This document shows positions 1 through 10,695 of a stretch of DNA of 64,000 bases, one piece after another. The DNA comes from Synechococcus sp. (GTDB lineage Bacteria > Cyanobacteriota > Cyanobacteriia > PCC-6307 > Cyanobiaceae). The stretch lies in the NCBI GenBank assembly GCA_047285305.1, contig JBJBDL010000003.1, forward strand, positions 640,001-704,000. The letters are read 5' to 3'. Each line of letters opens with the position of its first letter. Positions within the stretch are counted from its first letter, which is position 1. Under the pieces are notes generated by a model that was given only the letters and a program-made list of their open reading frames with translations, searched no databases and was not told the origin of the DNA. The position numbers were made by a program, and so were the translations under genes.

Positions 1-264
1 CGTAAGCACCAGCACGGCCAGGCGGATCAGATCCAGTTGCAGCCAGGTGGCCAGGCCAAACACCACCAGCCCCGTCACCACATGGATGCGGAAGTTGCGC
101 TGTGTGAGGAAGGCGTAGCCGAGGCCCTGGGCCGCGTAGCGAAAACTCGAGGGCAGATCACCGGCGATGCGCCAGCTGCCCCGTCGTCGCATGGCATTGG
201 GCACCATGGCCACCTCCTCTGAAGCTGCATCTGCGGAGGGTGTCCGGGGCGATTCAGTGGTCAT
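1..264 (-). CDS. dgkA: Diacylglycerol kinase family protein (3' end runs off the window)
   Basis: Not in the ORF track. Manual minus-strand translation from ATG at 264 gives ...GSWRIAGDLPSSFRYAAQGLGYAFLTQRNFRIHVVTG..., the DgkA signature SF.YA..G......qrNfRIH. Lies downstream of ybeY, the usual synteny. Start uncertain. Confidence 0.85.
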   Translation of the reverse strand, partial: MTTESPRTPSADAASEEVAMVPNAMRRRGSWRIAGDLPSSFRYAAQGLGYAFLTQRNFRIHVVTGLVVFGLATWLQLDLIRLAVLVLT

Positions 265-311
265 CGGAACGGAACTCAGACTCCGCAGGCCACACGCCCG
301 CTTTTCGAAGA

Positions 312-830
312 TTACCCGGGTTGTCCAAGCCACCCATCCCCAAGAAGCCTCTCCTGCAGGGCCAGCATTGCGGCAAGGCTCTCGTCATCGGGATGGTCCC
401 AGCCCAGCAGGTGCAGCAGGCCATGGCTCACCAGCCAGCGCAATTCCCGCTGCAGGCTGTGCCCCTGTTCCTGGGCCTGACGCCGGGCCGTCTCCAGGGA
501 GACGACGATGTCCCCCAGTTCGATGCTGGGGCCTTCCATCCAGTCGCCGGCGTCGTCGAGGGCGGCAAAGGACAACACGTCCGTGGGGCCTGTTTTCTGG
601 CGCCAGGCGCTGTTCAAATCCGCGATATCGGCGTCATCGGTGAAACGCAGTCCCAGGCTGAGCTCTTCCGCCGCACGCACCAGGGTTGGGCAGTCGAAGC
701 TGGAATCCCCGCAGATGCTGTTCAGCCAACGTTCCAACTGCTGGAGCCAGGCCGTTTCATCGAGCAGATCGGTGCTGTCGGAGGGTTGCAGCGTCACCCC
801 CTCCCGATCCAGTGCGAGGTCGAGCTCCAT
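312..830 (-). CDS. ybeY: rRNA maturation endoribonuclease YbeY
   Basis: PTDVLSF and HGLLHLLGWDH metal-binding motif; ATG at 830 chosen as start. Confidence 0.93.
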   Translation of the reverse strand: MELDLALDREGVTLQPSDSTDLLDETAWLQQLERWLNSICGDSSFDCPTLVRAAEELSLGLRFTDDADIADLNSAWRQKTGPTDVLSFAALDDAGDWMEGPSIELGDIVVSLETARRQAQEQGHSLQRELRWLVSHGLLHLLGWDHPDDESLAAMLALQERLLGDGWLGQPG

Positions 831-832
831 GC

Positions 833-997
833 CTACCCCGGCAGGGTCGGACGCCCCAGCCAAGCCACGAGGGTGATGAAGCCGAGGAAGCCCATGGCGG
901 TGAGGCCGAAGTGAAACAGGCTCTTGCTGCCCATGCGCACCATGTTGCGCATGGCCTGTTTGACGAAGCTCGGCGGTGGGTTGCTCTCGCTGGCCAT
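833..997 (-). CDS. Small membrane protein, DUF3285-like
   Basis: PPSFVKQAMRNMVRMGSKSLFHF plus one TM helix; between prfB and ybeY as in other cyanobacteria. Confidence 0.75.
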   Translation of the reverse strand: MASESNPPPSFVKQAMRNMVRMGSKSLFHFGLTAMGFLGFITLVAWLGRPTLPG

Positions 998-1001
998 GGG
1001 A

Positions 1002-2130
1002 TCAGGAATCGGCATCGGCGCCGGGACTGTCGACACCCTGGCGCAAAGAGGCGTCGATGAAGGGGTCGAGGGCCCCATCCATCACCGCTTGCACATCGTT
1101 GGTTTCTTCATTGGTGCGCAGGTCTTTCACCATTTGGTATGGCTGGAAAACGTAGTTGCGGATCTGGTTGCCCCAGGCCGCTTCAACAATGTCGCCGCGG
1201 ATGTCGGCGATTTCGGCCGCCCGTTGCTCCTGGGCGATCACCAGCAGCTTGGCCATCAGCAACGCCATTGCTTTCTCCTTGTTCTGGAGCTGGGAGCGCT
1301 CCTGGGTGCAGCGCACAAACAGCCCGGTTGGGATGTGCAGGATGCGCACAGCCGTTTCCACCTTGTTCACGTTCTGGCCACCCGCGCCGCCCGAGCGGCT
1401 GGTGGTGATCTCCAGGTCCTTTTCAGGAATATCGAGCTTGACCTCCTCCTCGATTTTGGGCATGACCTCCACACCGGCAAAGCTGGTCTGACGCTTGTCA
1501 TTGGCGTTGAACGGTGAGATGCGCACCAGGCGATGGGTGCCCTTTTCGTTGCGCAGGTAGCCGTAGGCGTAGCGCCCTTCGATCTCGATCGTGCAGCTCT
1601 TGATCCCGGCTTCCTCCCCTTCGGAGAGTTCATCCACTGTCACCTTCATGCCGTGGTCTTCCGCCCAGCGGGTGTACATGCGCAGCAGCATCTGGGCCCA
1701 GTCCTGAGCGTCTGTGCCGCCAGCCCCTGCATTGATGCTGAGCACGGCACCCTCTTTGTCGTATTCGCCGCTGAGCAGGCGCTCCAGTTCCCAGCGGTCC
1801 AGCCCCTGGCGCAACTGGTTCAGCCCGTTCTGAGCTTCCTGCAGCAGGTCCTCATCGGGCTCCAGTTCGTAGAGCTCAAGGGTGGCTTGGGCGTCGTCGA
1901 CCGCACCGCGCCATCCTGCCAGCTGAGACAGCTGGGCTTTCACCTCATCCAGACGCCGCATCTGCTTCTGGGCGTTCTGCTGGTCATCCCAGAAATCGGG
2001 CTGGGCCGCGAGTTGTTCGAGATCCTGTTGCCTGGCGTTCAGTGCAGGAACGTCAAAGACAGTCCTGGGCATTGCCCAGGCGGTCAGTGAGCTCGGAGAG
2101 ATCGCGTTTGAAGTCGGTGAGATCCAGCAA
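1002..2130 (-). CDS. prfB: Peptide chain release factor 2, with programmed +1 frameshift
   Basis: SPF and GGQ motifs. The N-terminal frame TTG(2130)[24 protein letters not shown] ends in CTT TGA C (2058-2052) and continues in the +1 frame. Confidence 0.96.
2052..2067 (-). promoter_or_regulatory. RF2 autoregulatory +1 frameshift site (CTT TGA C) with upstream SD-like AGGA
   Basis: Minus strand reads CAGGAC TGT CTT TGA C. Confidence 0.92.
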
Positions 2131-2207
2131 GGACTCGGTCCTGATCAGCCTCTGACGCTATCAGCGCAGTAGCTGCATAGGATCCGACCACTGGCATCAC
2201 CAACGCA

Positions 2208-2465
2208 ATGGCCAAGGTTGAGATTTACACCTGGCAAACCTGCCCGTTCTGCGTCCGCGCCAAGGGGCTTCTGGACCGCAAGGGGGTGAGCTACACCGAA
2301 CACAGCGTGGATGGGGATGAGCCCGCTCGGGATGCCATGGCGGCGCGGGGTGATGGTCGCCGCAGCGTTCCGCAGGTGTACATCGACGATCGCCACATCG
2401 GTGGTTGTGACGACATCTATGCCCTGGATCGTGCCGGTGAGCTCGATGCGCTGCTGAAGGCCTGA
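2208..2465 (+). CDS. grxC: Glutaredoxin 3
   Basis: CPFC active site, SVPQ and IGGCDD motifs. Confidence 0.93.
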   Translation: MAKVEIYTWQTCPFCVRAKGLLDRKGVSYTEHSVDGDEPARDAMAARGDGRRSVPQVYIDDRHIGGCDDIYALDRAGELDALLKA

Positions 2466-2468
2466 TCG

Positions 2469-3392
2469 ATGCGCCAGCTGTTCGTTCTGGATCCGCTGGG
2501 GCAGATCAATCCAGCCAAGGATTCCTCTGCTGCGCTGATGCAGGCCGCCCATCGCGCCGGCGATGAGGTGTGGGCCTGCACGCCCTCCGATCTGATTGCA
2601 CGGGGCGATGAACCCCTCGCGATTGCCCTGCCGGTGACGCCGGAGCCCTGGATCACGGTTGGGGTGGCTGAACGTCAGGCCCTGGCTGGGTTTGATGTGA
2701 TCTGGATGCGAAAGGACCCGCCGGTTGATGAGGCGTATCTGTACGCCACCCATCTGCTGGAGGTGGCTGAGCGAGCTGGGGTGCGGGTGCTCAATCGCCC
2801 CAGTGCGCTGCGCAGCTGGAACGAAAAGCTGGGGGCCTTGCGCTTCAGCCGTTGGATGGCTCCCACGCTGGTGGCGGGGCGGGTGTCTGAACTGCTGTTG
2901 TTTGCCCAGGAGCAGCAGGAGATCGTGCTCAAACCCTTGGGGGGTCGTGCCGGCCTGGGGGTAATTCGGGTTAACGGCCAGGCGCCGGGCTTGAAGGCGC
3001 TGCTGGAATTGGTGACAGAGCAGGAAAGCCTGCCGGTGATGGCCCAGGCCTTTCTGCCATCCGTGACCGAGGGTGACAAGCGCATCCTTCTGGTGGACGG
3101 TGATCCCCTGGGGGCGATCAACCGGCGTCCTTCAGCCGGAGAATTCCGCAGCAATCTGGCCGTGGGTGGCCAGGCGGAAGCCACGGAACTCTCCGAGCGG
3201 GAACGTCAGATCTGCGCTGCTCTGGCCCCGGCGCTGCGGGCAGAGGGGTTGTTCTTCGTTGGCATTGACGTGATCGGCGGCATGCTCAGTGAAATCAACG
3301 TCACCAGCCCCACCGGGGTGCGGGAAGTGGAGAGGCTGATGAACCAGCCGTTGGCCGATCAGACGATCGAGCGGTTGCGCGCGCTGGTCTGA
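2469..3392 (+). CDS. gshB: Glutathione synthetase
   Basis: [33 protein letters not shown] motifs. Confidence 0.96.
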   Translation: MRQLFVLDPLGQINPAKDSSAALMQAAHRAGDEVWACTPSDLIARGDEPLAIALPVTPEPWITVGVAERQALAGFDVIWMRKDPPVDEAYLYATHLLEVAERAGVRVLNRPSALRSWNEKLGALRFSRWMAPTLVAGRVSELLLFAQEQQEIVLKPLGGRAGLGVIRVNGQAPGLKALLELVTEQESLPVMAQAFLPSVTEGDKRILLVDGDPLGAINRRPSAGEFRSNLAVGGQAEATELSERERQICAALAPALRAEGLFFVGIDVIGGMLSEINVTSPTGVREVERLMNQPLADQTIERLRALV

Positions 3393-4765
3393 AGTTCCAG
3401 CTGGTCCGCCAGCACGGCCAGCTTCAGCCCCACTTCCTGAAGTTCCCGCTCGGCAACGGACCCCCGCACCAGGCCGGCGCCTGCTGTGAGATCCAGCTCA
3501 CAGCCCCGGGCGTGACCACAGCGGATCGCCACCCGCAGTTCGGCATCACCGGCGCTGTCGATCCAACCGATCGGTGCGGCATAGCTGCCCCGTTCAAACG
3601 GTTCGAGAGTGCGCAACCAGGCCATCGCGTCGCGGCGCGGCAACCCGGCAACGGCAGGGGTGGGGTGCAGTTGTTCGGCCAGCGTCAACACGGGCTGACC
3701 GTGGGTTTCGGCCGTGATCGGGGTGTGCAGGTGGGTGAGGTTGCCGTGACGGGCCAGTTGGGGTTGGCGGCGGCGGCGGGGGCTCAGTCCGTTGCGGCGC
3801 AGTTGGTCGGTGATGGTTTCAACCACCAACTCGTGCTCACGGCGGTCTTTATCGGAGCGCAGCAGCTGCGCTCCGGAATCTCCCTGCCCCGCCGTGCCAG
3901 CAAGGGCATCACTGCGCAGCCAACCGGCGCGCAGGCTGAGCAGTCGTTCCGGCGATGCACCAAAGAAGGCATCCCCGGCATGGCGCTGCCAGAGGAAGCG
4001 GCAGCTGCCGGCCTGTTGCCGCCGCAGCCGTTTCAACAGCGGCAGGGGGTTGAAGGTGTCGGCCAGAACGATGCGGTGCCGCACCGCCAGCACCAGTTTG
4101 TGCAGCTCGCCGCTCTTGACCAGATCAATGCCGCGGGTGAGGGCTGCGGCGTAGCGCTGCCGCCAGGTTTCCGGTTCCGTTGCCGCCACCAGCGCCTGGG
4201 GCTTCAGGGGGGTTGGCGTGGCTGGCGCCTTGAGCAGTTGTTCGTGCTTAAGCCAAAGCTGTTCCGCCAGCTCGCGGCAGTCCGCTGCACTGCTCACGAC
4301 CCCGTTCAGCCGCAGCCAGCCGCGGCGTCCCTGACGACTGAGCTGCCAGCGGGGCAGCACCGCCTGCACCGATGGAACCACCGCTTCACTGCGGCGGCGC
4401 TCACTCACCTGGTCAAAGAAGCGGAAGCGCAGCAGCACCCGAGGCCGCGCATGGGCTGGGCTGTCCGCTGCCGTGTCGTGCAGCCGGCTGAGGCAGAGGT
4501 CGGCGAAGCGTTGGGCCTGCTCAAAGCGACGGCTGCCAGCCAGCTCCAGTTCCTGGCAGGGCCCTGCGGCAGCCAGGCAGAGACCCGGCGCGCTGTCCCA
4601 CAGCACCTGCAAGCTCTCCTGTTCCGCCAGCTGCGGCAAGGCCAGAAGCGGATCGATCCCTTCGATCGGCAGGGCCAGACTGAGCAGCGCTTCATCGCCG
4701 TCACACGCCAACCATCCCCGCTGGGCAGCGGAGAGGAGGGTGCTGAAACAACGATCAGCCGACAT
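3359..4765 (-). CDS. menF: Isochorismate synthase
   Basis: [32 protein letters not shown] chorismate-binding motifs; next to men genes. Confidence 0.9.
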   Translation of the reverse strand: MSADRCFSTLLSAAQRGWLACDGDEALLSLALPIEGIDPLLALPQLAEQESLQVLWDSAPGLCLAAAGPCQELELAGSRRFEQAQRFADLCLSRLHDTAADSPAHARPRVLLRFRFFDQVSERRRSEAVVPSVQAVLPRWQLSRQGRRGWLRLNGVVSSAADCRELAEQLWLKHEQLLKAPATPTPLKPQALVAATEPETWRQRYAAALTRGIDLVKSGELHKLVLAVRHRIVLADTFNPLPLLKRLRRQQAGSCRFLWQRHAGDAFFGASPERLLSLRAGWLRSDALAGTAGQGDSGAQLLRSDKDRREHELVVETITDQLRRNGLSPRRRRQPQLARHGNLTHLHTPITAETHGQPVLTLAEQLHPTPAVAGLPRRDAMAWLRTLEPFERGSYAAPIGWIDSAGDAELRVAIRCGHARGCELDLTAGAGLVRGSVAERELQEVGLKLAVLADQLELQTSARNRSIV

Positions 4766-4835
4766 CCGCGGCGTTTCCGGCCAGGGTTACTGCTCAAATG
4801 TATGGGTCTTCGCCCTGTGGGAACGGGTCCTGTCC

Positions 4836-5780
4836 ATGTCTGAGCCGCAGGCTGTCGCATCCCGTTACGCCGATCGGCGCCGTTTGTGGAAGGCAGCGAT
4901 CAAGTGGCCGATGTATTCCGTCGCCGTGATGCCTGTGCTGCTGGCGGCTGGATGGCAGTTCGGGGTGGCGGGCTCCCTGCGCTGGTTGCAGCTGGGGGGC
5001 TTTGTGCTGGCGGCCATCCTGTTGCTGCTCTGGGAAAACCTCAGCAACGATGTATTTGATGCGGCCACGGGTGTGGATGCCACCGGCAAGCCCCATTCCG
5101 TGGTGAACCTCACCGGCCGCCGGGACCGTGTTGCGCAGGGGGCGACCGCTGCGCTGGTGCTGGGGTTGCTGGTGATGGCCGGGTTGGCCTGGAACAGCAG
5201 TGGGGCCGTGCTGGCCCTGGTGTTGGTGTGCTGCGGTCTGGGTTACGTGTACCAGGGCCCTCCCTTCCGCCTGGGCTACCGCGGCCTGGGTGAGCCCCTG
5301 TGCTGGCTGGCCTTTGGGCCCTTTGCTACTGCAGCGGCCTTGGTGGTGTTGCAACCAAGGGGCACGGTGTCGATTCCTTGGGGCACGGCCTGGATCTTGG
5401 GAGCAGGCCCCGCCCTGGCGACCACCCTGGTGTTGTTCTGCTCCCACTTCCATCAGGTGGAGGAGGACGCCGCCCACGGCAAGCGTTCGCCGGTGGTGCG
5501 TCTGGGCACGGCCCGGGCGGCGGCTTTGGTGCCCTGGTTCGTGGCATTGACGCTGGCGCTGGAGTGGGTGCCTGTGCTGCACGGGGACTGGCCACCGACG
5601 GTGTTGTTGAGCGCTCTTGGCCTTCCTGCCGGTGTGCAGCTGATGCGTCTGCTGCAGCGCCACCACGACCGGCCGGAGCTGATCAGCGGCAGCAAATTTC
5701 TGGCCTTGCTCTTCCAGGGCTGGAATGGTCTGGGCCTGAGTGCGGGCCTGGCACTGGCGCGCGTCTGGACGGGCGGATGA
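4836..5780 (+). CDS. menA: DHNA phytyltransferase
   Basis: UbiA family, AIKWPMYSVA and NDVFD motifs, multiple TM helices; ATG at 4836. Confidence 0.92.
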   Translation: MSEPQAVASRYADRRRLWKAAIKWPMYSVAVMPVLLAAGWQFGVAGSLRWLQLGGFVLAAILLLLWENLSNDVFDAATGVDATGKPHSVVNLTGRRDRVAQGATAALVLGLLVMAGLAWNSSGAVLALVLVCCGLGYVYQGPPFRLGYRGLGEPLCWLAFGPFATAAALVVLQPRGTVSIPWGTAWILGAGPALATTLVLFCSHFHQVEEDAAHGKRSPVVRLGTARAAALVPWFVALTLALEWVPVLHGDWPPTVLLSALGLPAGVQLMRLLQRHHDRPELISGSKFLALLFQGWNGLGLSAGLALARVWTGG

Positions 5781-6745
5781 CGCTCCGGCTGCAGCGTCGC
5801 CGCTTCCGCTTTGCCCTGCTGCAGCCGGTGCGCACGGCAGCCGGTGAGCTGCGGGAGCGCTGTGGCTGGTTGCTGCGGTTGGATGATGCTCAGGGGGCCG
5901 TGGGCTGGGGCGAAGTGGCTCCGCTGCAGCAGCAGCAGTTCTCGGCCTGTGAGCAGGCTCTCGCAGCGCTGCCGGACGAGCTTCCTCAGGCTCAGTTGGA
6001 GGCTGTGTTGCGGGAGGCCCCAGGGCCGATCGGTTTTGGCCTTGGGGCGGCGCTGGCGGAGCTGCAGGGTGTGGTCGGCGCTGCTGCGCCCCAGGGCTGG
6101 CTGAAGGCTCCTGCCCCGGCGCTGTTGCTGCCGGCTGGCGAGGCGATGCTTTCGGCTCTGGAGGTTGCTTCGGCATCGATGGGTGGCCTGGAGCGCTGCA
6201 CCTTCAAGTGGAAGGTGGCCACGGCGCCGGATGGCCTGGAGCGTCAGCTGCTCGAGCAGTTGCTCCAGCGCTTGCCACCCACGGCCCGGCTGCGTCTGGA
6301 TGCCAACGGCGGCTGGGATCGCAGCACGGCTGAGGCCTGGATGCAGCGGTTGCGCGATGACCCTCGCTTGGACTGGTTGGAGCAGCCGCTGGCGGTGGAG
6401 GATCAAGCCGGCCTGGATCAGTTGGCGGCGCTGGGGCCGGTGGCCCTCGATGAATCGCTTCACCAGCACCCCGAGCTGCGCAGCAGCTGGAGCGGCTGGC
6501 AGGTGCGTCGGCCCGCGCTGGAGGGCGATCCCCGCTTGCTGTTGTGGGAGCTGCAGGCGGGGCTGCCCCAACGGATGCTGAGCACGGCGTTTGAAACCGG
6601 CATCGGTCGGCGCTGGCTGGAGCATCTGGCCGGGCTTCAGGCCCAGGGGCCCACGCCGGCAGCACCGGGCCTGGCCCCCGGCTGGACGCCAGCGGGCCCG
6701 ATGTTCTCCAACGATCCAGAGCAGGTCTGGGCCGCGGCGGCATGA
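5777..6745 (+). CDS. menC: o-succinylbenzoate synthase
   Basis: GWGEVAPL, KWK, LRLDANGGW, LEQP, ALDESL enolase-superfamily motifs; ATGA overlap with menA. Confidence 0.9.
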   Translation: MTLRLQRRRFRFALLQPVRTAAGELRERCGWLLRLDDAQGAVGWGEVAPLQQQQFSACEQALAALPDELPQAQLEAVLREAPGPIGFGLGAALAELQGVVGAAAPQGWLKAPAPALLLPAGEAMLSALEVASASMGGLERCTFKWKVATAPDGLERQLLEQLLQRLPPTARLRLDANGGWDRSTAEAWMQRLRDDPRLDWLEQPLAVEDQAGLDQLAALGPVALDESLHQHPELRSSWSGWQVRRPALEGDPRLLLWELQAGLPQRMLSTAFETGIGRRWLEHLAGLQAQGPTPAAPGLAPGWTPAGPMFSNDPEQVWAAAA

Positions 6746-7908
6746 GCGAGCTCGAGCGGCTGGAGCAGGGGCTGGCGGCAGGGCAGTGGGTGCCCCTCTC
6801 GCCTGAGGCGGACGCGGCCCCCATCGCACAATTGCCTCCGGGCCCGGGGGTGCTGGTGCGCAGTGGTGGCAGCAGTGGCGGCAGCCGTTGCTGCGCCCAG
6901 CCGTCGCTGCATCTTGACCGTTCGGCCGCAGCCACTGCCCATTGGTTGACGGGCATCGGCGTTGACCCCGCCTCCACCCTGCTGCTCAATCCTCTGCCGC
7001 TGGCCCATGTGAGTGGTCTGATGCCCTGGTGGCGCAGCCGCTGCTGGGGCGCGGGGCATCAACAGCTGGCGCCGGGGTTGATGAAAACCCCCAGCGAACT
7101 GCTCGTGTTCTGTCAGGGATTGCCCGCTTGGGGCAAGAACCCTGCCGTGCTGTCGTTGGTGCCCACGCAGCTGGCACGCCTGCTGGCCCATCCCGATGGG
7201 GTGGCCTTTCTGCAGCGGCAGCAGTTGATCTGGATCGGTGGCGCTGCTCTTCCGGCGCCGTTGGCGGATCAGGCGCGTGCCTTGCAGCTGCCGCTGGCGC
7301 CCTGTTATGGGTCGACGGAGACGGCTGCGATGGTGGCGGCGCTGCCGCCAGACCGCTTTATGGCCGGTGAGCCCGGTTGTGGGGACCCGCTGGTGGATGT
7401 GGAGCTGCGGCTGGCCGCTGATGGGGCGCTTCAGGTGCGCACCGATCGGTTGGCGCTGGGTTGTTGGCGGGCGGATGAGCCGGATCGGTGGGAACCGCTC
7501 GGGGATGGCGATGGCTGGTGGCGTTCCGGGGATCAGGCCGCGTTGACCCCAGGCCTTCAGATTGCGGGGCGCATCGATGGCGCCATTCACTCCGGTGGGG
7601 AAACCGTGTTCCCTGAACAGCTGGAGCAGCGCTTGATGGTGGCGCTGCAGGCTGCATCGCTCCCGGTGAGCGCCGTGCTGCTTCTTGCTGTGATTGATCC
7701 GGAGTGGGGGCAGCGGCTGGTGGCCCTGGTGGGCAGTTCTGATGCTGCGGTGCTGCAGCGGCTTGAGGCCCTCACTCGGCCTTGGCCGCCTGCGGAGACG
7801 CCACGGCGTTGGGTGTTGTGCCCTGACCTGGCCCCCTCAGCGCTGGGGAAATGGCAACGCCAGCGCTGGCGGGAGTGGTTAGAGCGGTTGGATGCGGCCG
7901 AGGCTTGA
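6742..7908 (+). CDS. menE: o-succinylbenzoate-CoA ligase
   Basis: SGGSSG AMP-binding loop, YGSTE, GRID, GGETVFP; ATGA overlap with menC. Confidence 0.9.
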   Translation: MSELERLEQGLAAGQWVPLSPEADAAPIAQLPPGPGVLVRSGGSSGGSRCCAQPSLHLDRSAAATAHWLTGIGVDPASTLLLNPLPLAHVSGLMPWWRSRCWGAGHQQLAPGLMKTPSELLVFCQGLPAWGKNPAVLSLVPTQLARLLAHPDGVAFLQRQQLIWIGGAALPAPLADQARALQLPLAPCYGSTETAAMVAALPPDRFMAGEPGCGDPLVDVELRLAADGALQVRTDRLALGCWRADEPDRWEPLGDGDGWWRSGDQAALTPGLQIAGRIDGAIHSGGETVFPEQLEQRLMVALQAASLPVSAVLLLAVIDPEWGQRLVALVGSSDAAVLQRLEALTRPWPPAETPRRWVLCPDLAPSALGKWQRQRWREWLERLDAAEA

Positions 7909-8328
7909 TGCTTCCAGCCAACGGTCCACGCCATCGGGCAGGGCACAGCGGCGCCGGGTTTGGGCATCGATGGCCACATGACGCAGGCAGCCTTTGGCCA
8001 CCAGCTGCTCCTCCAGCAGCACCTGGCTGTTCACCGCAAAACTGCTCGGATCGAGCCGTTCCGGTTCCAAGCGAATTAGCAGTTGGTCGCCCAGCTGCAC
8101 CGGGGCGCGGAAATCGGCATGGCAGTGCACGATCGGCAAGGCCACGCTCGGTTGCTCTCCGCGGCCGCCAGGGAAGACTGAACCCGCCGGCAGGCCAAAG
8201 CGTTCCAGGCTTTCCTCCCAGGCCTGGTGGCACCACCCCAGCAGCTGCTGGAAGTGCATCACGCCGGCGGCGTCGGTGTCGCTGAAGCGCACGGTTCGAC
8301 TCAGCTCCAGCCAGGGGGCAGAGGTCAT
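7879..8328 (-). CDS. Hotdog-fold thioesterase, probably DHNA-CoA hydrolase
   Basis: VRFSDTDAAGVMHF 4HBT motif; adjacent to men cluster. Confidence 0.85.
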   Translation of the reverse strand: MTSAPWLELSRTVRFSDTDAAGVMHFQQLLGWCHQAWEESLERFGLPAGSVFPGGRGEQPSVALPIVHCHADFRAPVQLGDQLLIRLEPERLDPSSFAVNSQVLLEEQLVAKGCLRHVAIDAQTRRRCALPDGVDRWLEASSLGRIQPL

Positions 8329-8387
8329 GGCGATGTGTTGTTCAAGCCGGTGCCGACTGTCACCCTGACAGAAATCCCGCCCGAACC

Positions 8388-9065
8388 ATGGCCGCGCCGA
8401 TCGCCTTCGAGCCTCCGTCCATTCAGAAGGCCTGGCAGGCCTTTCTGCAGCACATCCCTGTGGTGCTGGTGAGCTGGGTGGGCTCAATCGTGCTGTCGCT
8501 GCTGGCTGTTCTGGCGTACGGCCTGATCATCGTTGCCGTGTCGGCGATCATCGGCAGCAGTGATGCGGCATTGGGGCTCGGAGCGGTGCTCGCCCAATTG
8601 GTTCAGTTGCCCTTCTCCATCCTCGCCAGCCTGTTGTCGGTGCTGCTGGTGGCCGTTCCTGCCCTGTACTACGAGCGCGGTCAGGTGGTGACGATTTCAA
8701 CGGCGGCTCAGCTGCTCACCGGCCGTTGGTGGCGTTATGTGCTGGCTGGGCTGTTCTTTTCGCTGGTCACCACCATTGGATTTCTGCTCTGCATCCTTCC
8801 CGGGATTGCCGTGGCGTTGGTGACGCCAGTGTTCGTGAATCGCATCTTTGTCACCGACATTGGCATCGGTGAAGCCTTCTCCCAGTCGTTTCAGGTGGTG
8901 TATCGCTCGGAAAACGGCTTGAGCTACGTGGGGCTTGAGGTTTTGACGGGCATCGTTGTGGGGCTGCTGGCCCTGGCGACCTGCGGTCTGGGGGGCTTTG
9001 TGGTGATTCCCATGGCCAGCTTCTTCCTTCAGAACGTCGCCTATCAGCGCGGACTGTTGCGCTGA
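8388..9065 (+). CDS. Hypothetical integral membrane protein
   Basis: 225 aa with several hydrophobic helices and GFLLCILPGI motif; fills the gap with host-like codon usage. Confidence 0.75.
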   Translation: MAAPIAFEPPSIQKAWQAFLQHIPVVLVSWVGSIVLSLLAVLAYGLIIVAVSAIIGSSDAALGLGAVLAQLVQLPFSILASLLSVLLVAVPALYYERGQVVTISTAAQLLTGRWWRYVLAGLFFSLVTTIGFLLCILPGIAVALVTPVFVNRIFVTDIGIGEAFSQSFQVVYRSENGLSYVGLEVLTGIVVGLLALATCGLGGFVVIPMASFFLQNVAYQRGLLR

Positions 9066-9069
9066 TCGC

Positions 9070-9432
9070 TCAGCCGCTGGGCCAGCTGTTGGTGCTCAGG
9101 CGCAGCAGCCAGTAGCTGATCAACCCTCCAGCCACCAACGGCAGGGGCCAGAGGGGAAGACCTCTGGGGATGAGACGCCGTTGCTGGAGCGCCAACACAC
9201 TCCAGAACACCAGCCCCAGGGCGGCAACGGGGCCAAACAGATGCCATTGCAGCGATCGGCTTAGATCACCGGTGAGTGCTGCCCCCGTCGCGCGGGTCAG
9301 AAAGCAGGTGGGGCAGGGCACACCGGTGAGGGCGCGAAGCGGGCAGCTGAGGCCGGGTATCCCTGGATGCAAGCCCTTCAGCCATAACGCACCTGTCAAG
9401 GTTGCGGGCAGCAGGTAACCCGTGCGTTGCAA
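9070..9432 (-). CDS. DUF2752-like membrane protein
   Basis: CPLRALTGVPCPTCFLTRA cysteine motif followed by TM helices. Confidence 0.8.
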   Translation of the reverse strand: MQRTGYLLPATLTGALWLKGLHPGIPGLSCPLRALTGVPCPTCFLTRATGAALTGDLSRSLQWHLFGPVAALGLVFWSVLALQQRRLIPRGLPLWPLPLVAGGLISYWLLRLSTNSWPSG

Positions 9433-9456
9433 CCGCCGCAGAAACCGGTTCAGAGA

Positions 9457-10641
9457 TCAGCGATCCACCGATCCCATGATCACGTCGATGGAACCGAGGA
9501 TGGCCATGATGTCGGCCACCTTGTGTCCCTTGAGGATGTGGGGAAGGATCTGCAGGTTGTTGCTGTCGGCAGCACGGATCTTGAAGCGCCAGGGGGTGAC
9601 GTCGTTGTTGCCCTGGATGAACACGCCGATCTCGCCCTTGCCTGACTCCAACCGGGTGTAGAGCTCGCCGTTGGGGATCTTGAAGGTGGGCGCCACCTTC
9701 TTGGCCACGTACTGGAAGTCGAAACCAGCGGCGTCGCTGCCCTTGCCTTCGTTGAGGCGTTTGGCCTCGAGGTTTTCAGTGGGGCCGCCGGGGATCATGT
9801 CGCAGGCTTGGCGCAGGATCTTGAGCGACTGGCGCATTTCTTCGATGCGCACGCGATAGCGGGCATAGCAGTCGCCTTCCTTCTCCCAGGCCACCTGCCA
9901 GTCGAAGTCGTCGTAGCACTCGTAGTGATCCACCTTGCGGAGATCCCAGGGCACGCCGGAAGCGCGCAGCATCGGGCCGGAGAGGCTCCAGTTGATGGCG
10001 TCTTCCTTCTCGATCGTTCCCAACCCTTCAATCCGGCGCCGGAAAATCGGGTTGTTGGTGATCAGCTTTTCGTATTCATCGATCTTGGGGCCAAACCAGT
10101 CGCAGAAATCACGGCATTTCTCCAGCCAGCCCCAGGGCAGATCTGCGGCAACGCCGCCGATGCGGAAATAGTTGTTGTTGATGAGCCGCTGGCCGGTGGC
10201 GGCTTCCCATAGGTCGTAGATCATCTCCCGCTCACGGAAGATGTAGAAGAACGGGGTCTGGGCCCCCACGTCTGCCAGGAAGGGTCCAAGCCAGAGCAGG
10301 TGGTTGGCGATGCGGTTGAGTTCCAGCATCAGCACCCGGATATAGCTCGCCCGCTTGGGCACCGGGATGTTCGCCAGTTTTTCTGGGGCGTTCACCACGA
10401 TCGCCTCGTAGAACATCCCCGCCGCGTAGTCCATGCGGCTCACGTAGGGCACGAACATCACGTTCGTGCGGTTCTCGGCGATCTTCTCCATGCCGCGATG
10501 GAGGTAACCGATCACCGGTTCGCAGTCGACTACATCCTCACCATCAAGGGTGACCACGAGCCGCAGCACCCCGTGCATGGAGGGGTGGTGGGGCCCGAAG
10601 TTCACCACCATGGGCTCCGTGCGCGTTTCCAGCTGCGTCAT
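9457..10641 (-). CDS. ndhH: NDH-1 subunit H
   Basis: [28 protein letters not shown]-terminal VDR. Confidence 0.98.
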   Translation of the reverse strand: MTQLETRTEPMVVNFGPHHPSMHGVLRLVVTLDGEDVVDCEPVIGYLHRGMEKIAENRTNVMFVPYVSRMDYAAGMFYEAIVVNAPEKLANIPVPKRASYIRVLMLELNRIANHLLWLGPFLADVGAQTPFFYIFREREMIYDLWEAATGQRLINNNYFRIGGVAADLPWGWLEKCRDFCDWFGPKIDEYEKLITNNPIFRRRIEGLGTIEKEDAINWSLSGPMLRASGVPWDLRKVDHYECYDDFDWQVAWEKEGDCYARYRVRIEEMRQSLKILRQACDMIPGGPTENLEAKRLNEGKGSDAAGFDFQYVAKKVAPTFKIPNGELYTRLESGKGEIGVFIQGNNDVTPWRFKIRAADSNNLQILPHILKGHKVADIMAILGSIDVIMGSVDR

Positions 10642-10695
10642 GGGAGCCGTGGTCCGATCGATGAGTAGATCTTAAGGAGTCTTCGCCTGCGGCTT

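Noticed and set aside
3359..8328. men cluster lacks menB and menD
   Set aside because: These genes are commonly elsewhere in cyanobacterial genomes, so absence from one window is uninformative.
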